64,000 nucleotides of DNA from an uncultured Methanospirillum sp. Its GTDB lineage: Archaea > Halobacteriota > Methanomicrobia > Methanomicrobiales > Methanospirillaceae. The stretch spans positions 1 through 64,000 of the forward strand of contig CAZWTX010000006.1 in the NCBI GenBank assembly GCA_964637135.1, given 5' to 3'. The notes below the pieces were generated by a model, which was not told where the DNA came from, ran no database searches, and saw only the letters and a list, made by a program, of their open reading frames with translations. Both the position numbers and the translations under genes were made by a program. Below are positions 55,926 through 64,000 of this stretch, in pieces; position 1 is the first letter of the stretch, and each line of letters starts with the position of its first letter.

Positions 55926-56446
55926 AGATCGATCACCTGTTTGCCATGAGCGCACGGGATGACCTGTACCTCTGCACCGGGAAATGACCGGGTGAGTGCA
56001 TCCCTGCCCATCAGGTGATCCATAAAGACAGCAAGACTGGAAATCTCGGAATGAGGCTGGTTTGCAACGGCGACATTGTAATCGGCAAGCTGATAGACCT
56101 CTCCGGGCACCTTCTCCGCTCCCACTACGACGAGGATCTTCTCATGCGTCCGTACCTCATCCTCCACGTCAGGGAGGTTTAATCCGAACATCGTCAGGTG
56201 AACGACCGTACCACCGGCCTCTTTCCATTTCCTGATACATGAGTGCCAGCCGATTTTGTCCTCGACAAAAAAATCCCCGCCAAACCGTTTCACCACGTCA
56301 CGGATGCTCTCCACCATCCCCTTGTCATCTGCTGCGAGGTACATCCCCTGTGCCCCGAGGGCCCGTGCGGTAAGGCCCACATGCGTGGTAACCCGTTGGT
56401 CACGCTGCGGGCGGTGGCCGAGTCGTAGGATCACAACTTCCTTCAT
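55922..56446 (-). CDS. trm56: tRNA (cytidine(56)-2'-O)-methyltransferase
   Basis: LRLGHRP.RD.RVTTHV.LTARA.GA, HLTM.G, GAEKVP, NQPHSE. Confidence 0.95.
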   Translation of the reverse strand: MKEVVILRLGHRPQRDQRVTTHVGLTARALGAQGMYLAADDKGMVESIRDVVKRFGGDFFVEDKIGWHSCIRKWKEAGGTVVHLTMFGLNLPDVEDEVRTHEKILVVVGAEKVPGEVYQLADYNVAVANQPHSEISSLAVFMDHLMGRDALTRSFPGAEVQVIPCAHGKQVIDL

Positions 56447-56458
56447 TCTGCCTGCCTG

Positions 56459-56731
56459 TTATTTTCTGACTGTAATGATGCCATTTTCAATATCAAGTCC
56501 GAGGAGTGGATCGTGTTTAATCTGGCTCGAGATGATGAACTCCTCGATGGAACACGCTCTAAACGTCCCATTCCTGCAGGTGATCAGCAGAACACCCTGC
56601 AGGCGGGAGAGCGATGCATCAAGCGTTCCTGCATCGAGGCCACAGGCCGCGATGAGTTCATCCCTGGTCCATCCCGTATCCCTTCCGGTGATCAGGTGAT
56701 AGATGTCCCAGTCGATCTCCTCGTTCTTCAT
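56459..56731 (-). CDS. Small winged-helix protein
   Basis: EE.DW.IYH.I...EL....L....L..SL.RL pattern; in operon with trm56. Confidence 0.7.
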   Translation of the reverse strand: MKNEEIDWDIYHLITGRDTGWTRDELIAACGLDAGTLDASLSRLQGVLLITCRNGTFRACSIEEFIISSQIKHDPLLGLDIENGIITVRK

Positions 56732-56853
56732 CCTGCCCTAGATATCAGCGGGAACAGGCTTGAGTCTTCGGGAGTGAAGAGCGGGTAATGATAGGTTCAA
56801 TGACATCTGAAGTCATCAGAAAGGGTATCTTTCCGCATGGAGGAGTATATCGT

Positions 56854-57594
56854 ATGAAGATGCGAAACCTCTGGATCCTCGTGATCCTCGTGATCCTGTG
56901 TGCGGGTGTTCTTCCCGTGACAGGTGCGGCAACTGATGAAGACAGGGATCTCATTCATGTGACCGGAAGCGGAACGGTCAAGGCTGCACCTGACCGGGTG
57001 GATATCTCTTTTTCAGTGGTAACAAAAAACACCGACGTGAAAGCGGCACAGAAAGAGAATGCCAGGAAGATGGAACTGATCATGGCCGTCATGAAGGATA
57101 CTGCGAAGGGAAACATCGGTCCGCTGGACATCCAGACAACCTCGTATTCGGTCTCAGAGATGTACCCTGACGAGACCCTGAAAGCAAAATACGGTGACCA
57201 GACGGTGTACCAGGTCTCAAATACGATCCAGATCGAGACATCAGAGATTAACCGGGTGGGCGATATCATCGATTATGCCGTGACAAACGGGGCAAACGGT
57301 GTGAGTTCCCTTGACTTTACGTTAAGTAAGGAAAAGACACAGGAGATCCGAAAAGAGGCCCTTGATATTGCGGTATCAAAGGCACGTGTTGATGCAGAGA
57401 TTGTGGCGCAATCAATGGGCATCACACTCGGACCGGTCCACGAGGTCTCGGTAGATGAAGGATACCAGCCGCCGGTCTACACAAACCAGGACATGAGAAG
57501 CCTCGAGTATGCGGCTGCAAAACCATCAACGCCAATCGAAGCAGGTGCTGTCGAGGTCTCTGCACGGGTATCCGTATCCTACGCGATCACCTGA
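56854..57594 (+). CDS. SIMPL (DUF541) domain secreted protein
   Basis: Signal peptide; I.V.G.G.V.A.PD, GAN.V....F, A...A...A..G..LG, G...V.A.V.V.Y; SD GGAGGA. Confidence 0.9.
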   Translation: MKMRNLWILVILVILCAGVLPVTGAATDEDRDLIHVTGSGTVKAAPDRVDISFSVVTKNTDVKAAQKENARKMELIMAVMKDTAKGNIGPLDIQTTSYSVSEMYPDETLKAKYGDQTVYQVSNTIQIETSEINRVGDIIDYAVTNGANGVSSLDFTLSKEKTQEIRKEALDIAVSKARVDAEIVAQSMGITLGPVHEVSVDEGYQPPVYTNQDMRSLEYAAAKPSTPIEAGAVEVSARVSVSYAIT

Positions 57595-57605
57595 ATACCC
57601 TTCTT

Positions 57606-59294
57606 TTAATCGTTCACGGTGAGCGTCACGATGAACGAGCCCGGAGTGGTATAGGTATGGACCGGGTTTTTTTCGTGGGATAGGGATGAATTATCTCCGA
57701 AATCCCATGTCCATCCGTTCACCGGACCGGTCGATGCATCCATGAACCTGATGGTAAGCGGATATATGACCGTGTCTGGAATTCCATAAAACTTCGCCCG
57801 GGGGACCTGTTTTTCCGTAGTGTAGGCCCGGAGGCAGAGGGATGCATGTGGATGGGTGGTACTCGATCCGCTGATGATATCCTGTACCGTGGCCAGGGTC
57901 ACATCTGTCCAGTTCTGCCCGTCAGGGCTGATAAATCCCTGATTTAATGAAGCCCCGGCTGCAGATGTGACGCCGGGGAGACGATCTTCAACCGGAACCG
58001 GGTACTGGTACTCCGGACAGGTCAGGTGAACCACAATGGAGAACCGGTCACCGGGAGCGAGGATAACCGGGGGGATGGGAATGGTATGGTAGCCGGGGAT
58101 GGTCAGGTTCCCTGCCACCTGAGAGACAAGTTCTCCTGATACAGGTCCTGAAGGTGGATTTTTGTAGATCGAGATGAAGTACTCGGATTCCGGCATTGAG
58201 GCAATGCTCATATCCCCGAGAAGCTGTGACTGCCCTGCTTCAGCGCAGATAAACCCGATTGCCTGAATGATCTCATCCCTGCTACTGGTATAGACATTCG
58301 CAAACCAGGCATCGGTCTGTCCGGTATACCCAAGGTTCGAACACCATCCCAGGGGATCATACAGGTAGGTATGATTGAATCGGGTGGTGGGTTCCACCCC
58401 GGTAAAGATGAAGTTTTCAGTTCCAATCCAGGTATCATAGAACGATATCCAGAAGTATCCTCCTGATCCCCAGCCGGTGCCCCAACTGTTCCTGACAAGA
58501 AAGGCCCCGTTACCGGGAGGCGGACTATTGAAGGATGCCGCAGGGAAGGTGTCATCCCATCCGCAAATGACAATTGCATGATTGGGAAGCGTTGATCCGG
58601 GGTACCGGTATCCCCCGGTTCCGGAGCGATAGTATGCACTGCCCCAGTACATGACCGACATCACCCCGCCATATGTCATAACCGCCCGTTTCAGTTCATC
58701 GTTGTCAGTCGGACCTGATCGATCGGGAATCAGGTATGTATTCTGCACATGCCAGGATGGAGCAATGTCAAGGGGCTCTGACCAGCCTGCAGTATAGGGA
58801 TCCTCACTCTCAAGAACCGGCCCGTTCCATCTGGTCAGGTACGCTGTCGAGATGTACCCGTTTCCTCCCGCACACTGCGGCCAGTCCCAGAGTTTATGCG
58901 TCTTCAGATTATCCTCCGAGAGATCGAAAACCCCGATAGGTGTCATGTTTGATTCGAGGGCACCCATCGATGCAAATGCCCAGCATGATCCACATGATCC
59001 CTGGTTTTTTACCGGGGTAACCCGTGAGAGGGTCCTGAGATCAAACTTTTCGGGGAGTGATTCATCATCTCCATACGCCGTCATCACCCGGTTCCCGTCC
59101 ATGTACGATCTGTCAACCGGACCGGGAATGTAGCCGAGATCCTCCTCACTTGAGATATGCGAATCCGTCAGCCATGCGGTATACTGTGGATTTTGGGGGC
59201 TTATTGCGAGTGTTCCCATCTGAGCGGCTGCTCCGTGAGGAATGGCACCGGCGAGAATACCGGCGGCCAGGAGAAGGGTTGTGATCCTCCGCAT
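57606..59294 (-). CDS. Papain-family (C1A) cysteine protease with lectin-like and PKD domains
   Basis: LP..FDLR, VTPVKNQGSCGSCWAF, NHAI.I.GWDD, RNSWG..WG..GYFWIS; C-terminal WDFGD PKD. Confidence 0.92.
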   Translation of the reverse strand: MRRITTLLLAAGILAGAIPHGAAAQMGTLAISPQNPQYTAWLTDSHISSEEDLGYIPGPVDRSYMDGNRVMTAYGDDESLPEKFDLRTLSRVTPVKNQGSCGSCWAFASMGALESNMTPIGVFDLSEDNLKTHKLWDWPQCAGGNGYISTAYLTRWNGPVLESEDPYTAGWSEPLDIAPSWHVQNTYLIPDRSGPTDNDELKRAVMTYGGVMSVMYWGSAYYRSGTGGYRYPGSTLPNHAIVICGWDDTFPAASFNSPPPGNGAFLVRNSWGTGWGSGGYFWISFYDTWIGTENFIFTGVEPTTRFNHTYLYDPLGWCSNLGYTGQTDAWFANVYTSSRDEIIQAIGFICAEAGQSQLLGDMSIASMPESEYFISIYKNPPSGPVSGELVSQVAGNLTIPGYHTIPIPPVILAPGDRFSIVVHLTCPEYQYPVPVEDRLPGVTSAAGASLNQGFISPDGQNWTDVTLATVQDIISGSSTTHPHASLCLRAYTTEKQVPRAKFYGIPDTVIYPLTIRFMDASTGPVNGWTWDFGDNSSLSHEKNPVHTYTTPGSFIVTLTVND

Positions 59295-59359
59295 GAATGG
59301 TGCTATTCTTCTCTCTGAAAGCAAGAACCTTATCTCTCCCTGTCCCGGTGATCTTAGTG

Positions 59360-59758
59360 ATGACTGATATCCCGTACCCGCTCCTGGCAGAGATGGCTGA
59401 TGAAATCTTCAGTGTATGCGAGGATGATGATGACTGCCTGGTATCGCGGATTGCTGCCCTTGATGACCCGGTCAGGACAGCTCTCCTGGCATCGGATTTG
59501 CTGAACGCCTGGCAGGTCTTTTACTGGTACTTCCGGGAACATCCGGGAGAAGATATCCAGGAGATTCTCCTCTTTACCCCGGCAGGAAATCTTCGTGACG
59601 GGATCTCCCTCGGGGAGACGGGCCTTTTCACCCTTGGGTTTACCGTGAATAATGACCGGCCTGAGATCGTTGTGGCAGATGACCTGCAGGTGCTCTCCCG
59701 GTTTACGGGAAAAAATGCATGGCGGGAGACGCTCCGGTTCATGGAGGAGCAGGGGTAG
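59360..59758 (+). CDS. Conserved hypothetical protein
   Basis: Acidic ORF filling the gap between flanking genes; no recognisable motif. Confidence 0.65.
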   Translation: MTDIPYPLLAEMADEIFSVCEDDDDCLVSRIAALDDPVRTALLASDLLNAWQVFYWYFREHPGEDIQEILLFTPAGNLRDGISLGETGLFTLGFTVNNDRPEIVVADDLQVLSRFTGKNAWRETLRFMEEQG

Positions 59759-59763
59759 CCGGT

Positions 59764-61794
59764 TTAATCCGGTCTTTCGGCGGAGGAGTCATCGACTCCA
59801 TCAGGATTTCCGGTTTTTCTTTTCAGGGCAAAGGCGGTGGCTATCTCCTGCGGGTGACCAAGAACCATCAGGAGATCCCCGGCCATCAGGTGCTCATCCC
59901 CTCCCGGGTTGATGATCGTCCGGTCACCCCGCCTGATGGCCACCACCGTGACATGGTACCTGCTCCGCATCTGTGTGTTCTTGAGAAGTTCACCGGCATA
60001 GGGAGTCGTTTCAGTGAGTCGTATCATCCTGAGATCCATATCCGGAACGAGCATTCTGAGATCATCGAAGGTATATGCGGGAGTATTCAGGCTCCTGAGC
60101 ATCTGATAACCTGATGCCCGGATCTCGGCGACGAACCGTTCTATCTCGTCAGCGGGAAGGAGGTACTTGTGAAGGATCCGGGTGAAGATCTCAACTGATG
60201 TCTCAAACTCTTCAGGGATGACCTCGTCTGCACCAAGTTCCAGGAGCGTTTTTACCTCCCCGACAAACCGTGTTCTCGCGATGATGTATATTGCGGGGTT
60301 CATTTCCCGTGCCACCCTGACGATCTCCTGGATGGAGAAGGGATCATTCACCACCACCACAAGGACGCGTGCCTCTGCTATTCCCGCACATTTGAGAACC
60401 CCGGGCTGGACGGCATCACCGTACATGATAGCAACACCTGCCTTCCGTTCATCCCTGACAGTTTCAGGATTCATCTCGATGACCCGGAACGGAACTCCTG
60501 CGATCTTTGCAGATCTCGCCACATTTTTCCCGTTCAGGCCATAACCGACGATGATGATATGATCCTGGATGGCTGGCTGTTGTTCTTCTTCCACGGTCTG
60601 TGGCCGTGGCGGAACGATCCGTTCGAGCGGCCGGCATAGATGAGGGGTCATCCGGTCAGATATCCCGATGAGGAGCGGGGAGATCCCCATCGTGATAATC
60701 GAGACATCCAGAAAGAGTTGATAGGCAGGCTTGTCAAGGAGCCCGAGTGAATGACCGGTTGAGGAGAGAATAAATGCGAACTCACCGATCTGGCAGAGTG
60801 CGAGACCGGTGAGAACCGCTCCCCGCGATGGAAGCCCGGTCAGGAGCCCTGCAGCGGTTCCGGTCAGGTACTTGATTGCGATGATCGCCGCAGCAAAGAG
60901 AAGAATCTGACCTGGCTGAGCCAACAGGGAGGAGAGATCGAAGATCATCCCGATCGAGATAAAGAAAAAACTCGAGAAGAGATCGCGGAACGGGATGATG
61001 TTGTACATTGCGTGACTGCTGTACTCTGACTCCGAGATGATGAGACCGGCGAGGAATGCCCCGAGTGCCATGGAGAGCCCGAACTCGGAAGTAAGAAAGG
61101 CAACGAGGAGACAGGTTCCGATGACAATGAAAAGGAACATCTCCCGGTTCCTGAGCCGTGCCGCGTAATGGAGCAGGTATGGAACAACGTACCGGGCAGA
61201 AACATACACCACCGCGATGATGACGAATCCGCCGATCAGGAGGTTGATAGCAGAAGGTCCTGATGACGGTGACCCTGCGAGAAGGGGCGTTACCATGACC
61301 ATCGGGATGACAATGAGATCCTGGAAGATCAGGATTCCAAGTGTTGCTTTCCCGAACGGGGAATCGACTTCACGACGGTCGGCCAGCACTTTCATCACTA
61401 TCGCTGTTGAAGAGAGCGAGACGAGCATACCCCAGAAGAAGGCATGTGTTACCGGCCAGCCGGTCAGGGTCATCAGAGCGGTAACTACCGCAATCGTCAG
61501 AGCCACCTGGATAATACCGCCAATGAGGACAAACCGGCGGCTCTTGAGGATCTTACTTATTGAAAATTCAAGCCCGATTGTGAAGAGAAGAAAGACCACC
61601 CCGAGCTCGGCGAAGAACTCGATCGAGTCCTCGTTCGTGATAAGACCAAGACCCGACGGCCCGACGATGATCCCGGTGATGAGAAACGCGACAATTGATG
61701 GGATTTTCACCCGGTAGAGAATGAGAAGGAGGACGATTGCGAGGAGAAAGATCACCACAACATCGTTGAAAAGAGACGTATACTCCCCTTGCAT
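59764..61794 (-). CDS. Kef-type CPA2 cation:proton antiporter with TrkA-N and TrkA-C domains
   Basis: AELGVVFLLF.IGLE, SSTAIV.K, LIFQD, LGAFLAG, IIVGYG.NG, GDA, AI.RG....NP. Confidence 0.93.
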   Translation of the reverse strand: MQGEYTSLFNDVVVIFLLAIVLLLILYRVKIPSIVAFLITGIIVGPSGLGLITNEDSIEFFAELGVVFLLFTIGLEFSISKILKSRRFVLIGGIIQVALTIAVVTALMTLTGWPVTHAFFWGMLVSLSSTAIVMKVLADRREVDSPFGKATLGILIFQDLIVIPMVMVTPLLAGSPSSGPSAINLLIGGFVIIAVVYVSARYVVPYLLHYAARLRNREMFLFIVIGTCLLVAFLTSEFGLSMALGAFLAGLIISESEYSSHAMYNIIPFRDLFSSFFFISIGMIFDLSSLLAQPGQILLFAAAIIAIKYLTGTAAGLLTGLPSRGAVLTGLALCQIGEFAFILSSTGHSLGLLDKPAYQLFLDVSIITMGISPLLIGISDRMTPHLCRPLERIVPPRPQTVEEEQQPAIQDHIIIVGYGLNGKNVARSAKIAGVPFRVIEMNPETVRDERKAGVAIMYGDAVQPGVLKCAGIAEARVLVVVVNDPFSIQEIVRVAREMNPAIYIIARTRFVGEVKTLLELGADEVIPEEFETSVEIFTRILHKYLLPADEIERFVAEIRASGYQMLRSLNTPAYTFDDLRMLVPDMDLRMIRLTETTPYAGELLKNTQMRSRYHVTVVAIRRGDRTIINPGGDEHLMAGDLLMVLGHPQEIATAFALKRKTGNPDGVDDSSAERPD

Positions 61795-61906
61795 ATGATA
61801 TTCTAAGAAATATGTTCCTCCAATCCGCGATAAGTGTTCACGCCGGAGGGTGTCCCCGGGCCTGGTGGCCATCATCACCTCATGCCAGCTGGAGAGGTCG
61901 ATCGGA

Positions 61907-62817
61907 TTGAGGATTGCCGGAGCGATTGACATCGGGGGAACGAATACCCGGGCAGGACTCGTGAATGAAAGCGGTTCCATCCTCTCAGTGACCCGGTTTC
62001 AAACACCTGTCGATCAACCGGACGGAATCGTCCGTGCCGCGGCAGAAGCCCTTCACCGGTTATGCAGGGAGTCAGGGATACCCTTTCCTGCCACGGTCGG
62101 GGTATCTGTCGCCGGCCCGGTCAACGTTAGGGAAGGAACAATTGATCATCCACCCAACCTCCCTTTTGAGCGTGTCCCGGTGGGAAAACCTCTTCATGAA
62201 CTGACCGGATGCCGGGTTTCTCTTCTCAACGACTGTGCCGCGGCAGTGATTGGCGAAATCACCGCCGGTGGGGGTAAAGGGTTTGATCATGTCGTGTACA
62301 TAACTATCTCCACCGGGATCGGCGGCGGTGTTTCCTCCGGAGGGCATCTCCTGGGCGGCAGGGGGGGAAACGCAGCAGAAATTGGCCATTTTTTTGTGGA
62401 CAGTACATTTCTCCTCCCCTGTAATTGCGGTGGCAGGGGCCACTGGGAAGCATATGCCGCAGGCAGCCGGATCCCCGTTTTCTTCAGGGAATGGTGTGGA
62501 AAATCCGGAATTCACTTCCCTGAGTGGGGAACCACGGCTGAAGGAATACTCTCAGCCGGCCTTTCCGGTGATCCGGTGGCTGGTCCGTTCATCATGGATC
62601 TCTCAACGATATACGGGCGTGGACTCTCTTCAGTGATTGTGGCATACGATCCTGAAGTCATCATCCTGGACGGTCCGGTACTCCGGGAACACCCAGGCCT
62701 GATCCCCCTGATGATCGCACAGACTGACCGGTATCTTCCATTACCTACGGTTCTGGTCTCGCCGCTCGATGGCATGGCCCCGTTAATCGGTGCTGGCATT
62801 ACAGCGCTCTCTGAAAT
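61907..62817 (+). CDS. ROK-family sugar kinase (glucokinase-like); 3' end falls in an assembly gap
   Basis: DIGGT, ND..AA..GE, STGIGGG, G..G.A.E.GH, C.CG..G.WE; TTG start after GGAGAGG. Confidence 0.9.
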
Positions 62818-62867
62818 NNNNNNNNNNATGTCTCCTGTACCCCTGGTACCGTAAATTTACCACTCCT

Positions 62868-64000
62868 ATGAACCCGTCGTACCTGTCCCGGATGATCATT
62901 CTCGTGGTTATTTGTATTGCATCCCCGCTTCCGGTATCGGGGACAGTATCTGACGGATCACTCCTGGTTGCGGTATACACTGCCGGGAACTCTCTTGAGA
63001 GTTCTGAAGGACTCATAACAGATGACATCAGTCAGATGATCGCCGGCCTGAATGAAACGACAGGAGCAGTTGAGTTGCTCGTTGCATATGGCGGGGCAAA
63101 CAAGACCGGCTGGCACGGGATGACGGTTGCTTCGTCAGCCCAGCTCCGTGAAGACTTACAGGATGGTGTCATCGGGAATGAAACGTTCTTCCTGAAACGG
63201 TACCCGGATGCGGATATGGGTAATGGCACCAGCCTGAGCCTTTTCCTGTCGTATATCAGGGATGAATACCGGTTTGACCGGGTATTTCTCATCCTTATCG
63301 GTCATGGCCAGGCGTATACCGGGATGCTCTTTGACGAGAATCACGGAGATAACGGGCTTACCGTTGCAGAACTGGTATCCGCTTTCCAGTCCGGCGGGTA
63401 CAACGTGGATCTTCTTGGAATTGACTCATGCCTGATGAGCTGCACTGAAGTCGCATCCGGCACGGCAGGCTATGCCGGATACATGATCGCGAGCGAGGAG
63501 TCTGAACCGGCTGCAGGTTGGGAATACGAACCATGGATTCGCTACCTGGCCGGAAATCCCGGTGCAGCGCACGAGGATCATGCCCGGGTTCTGTTCGATG
63601 CCTACATGGCAGACCCTGAGCCTGGAAAAACGTTGAGCCTGCTGGATCTCTCGAAGATCGGTCTCGTCACCCGTGCACTGGATCAGTTCTCGCAGGATCT
63701 CACCGGTCTCCTTCATGATCCCGATGACCGTGTCCTGCTTGCAGAAGCAATCGCATCAACCTGCCAGTTCGGGCTGACCGAAACCGGTGAACGTGAGGAA
63801 GCAACCCTTGATCTCTACGATCTTGCTATCCAGGTCAGGGACCGGTTTCCATACCTGGAAACATCCGCAACCGGGCTTGTGGAGGCAGTTGACGAGACGG
63901 TCATCCTCTCCCGGCATGATGGCCTGACTCCGGGTGCACATGGCCTGTCAATCCTCTCGCCGGTGACGATCACCTCATCGTTCTTCGACTATTACCGGTC
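62868..64000 (+). CDS. Clostripain-family (C11) cysteine peptidase, truncated by the window end (missing from the ORF track)
   Basis: Manual translation: signal peptide, VY.AGN.LES, AYGG, MG....L..F, LIGHG (catalytic His), GIDSCLM (catalytic Cys), ASEE.EP..GW.Y. Confidence 0.88.
   Translation, partial: MNPSYLSRMIILVVICIASPLPVSGTVSDGSLLVAVYTAGNSLESSEGLITDDISQMIAGLNETTGAVELLVAYGGANKTGWHGMTVASSAQLREDLQDGVIGNETFFLKRYPDADMGNGTSLSLFLSYIRDEYRFDRVFLILIGHGQAYTGMLFDENHGDNGLTVAELVSAFQSGGYNVDLLGIDSCLMSCTEVASGTAGYAGYMIASEESEPAAGWEYEPWIRYLAGNPGAAHEDHARVLFDAYMADPEPGKTLSLLDLSKIGLVTRALDQFSQDLTGLLHDPDDRVLLAEAIASTCQFGLTETGEREEATLDLYDLAIQVRDRFPYLETSATGLVEAVDETVILSRHDGLTPGAHGLSILSPVTITSSFFDYYR

Noticed and set aside
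62818..62854. ROK C-terminal tail MSPVPLVP
   Set aside because: Read through an N gap of nominal size; the frame is unreliable.

Overview
Archaeal chromosomal window, most likely a Methanomicrobiales methanogen (Methanospirillum/Methanoregula-like, judged from gene content and order). It comes from a scaffolded assembly with three 10-N gaps. The window opens with the 3' part of tRNA-Cys abutting a 5S rRNA. Next is a candidate exopolysaccharide locus: a GH26 lipoprotein divergent from a histidine kinase, a single-domain response regulator and a processive GT2 synthase with an MshEN/T2SSE_N-like N-terminus. Then come bacterial-type xseAB, the conserved archaeal rnp4-rps19e-rpl39e-rpl31e-eif6-pfdA-ftsY-srp54-trmY-pus10-rpl21e-rpo4-rsmA superoperon, hxlB/purH, and a two-component/CheY-like cluster. 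After nreA lies a ~11.5 kb cluster of type IV pilin-like, TPR and PKD surface proteins, followed by a PP2C phosphatase and a CHASE4 kinase. The window ends with tRNA-Leu(GAG), the trm56-ATP-grasp-tfe-HD operon, secreted C1A and C11 proteases, a Kef-type antiporter and a ROK kinase. I saw no CRISPR array, transposase or integrase. The strongest candidates for something undescribed are (1) the phosphorelay-coupled GT2/GH26 glycan system, (2) the minor-pilin/adhesin cluster, including a pilin whose repeats look stapled by inter-domain disulfides, and (3) a PCNA-interaction-like motif on the bacterial-type exonuclease VII. All calls come from reading motifs by eye; no database searches were run.
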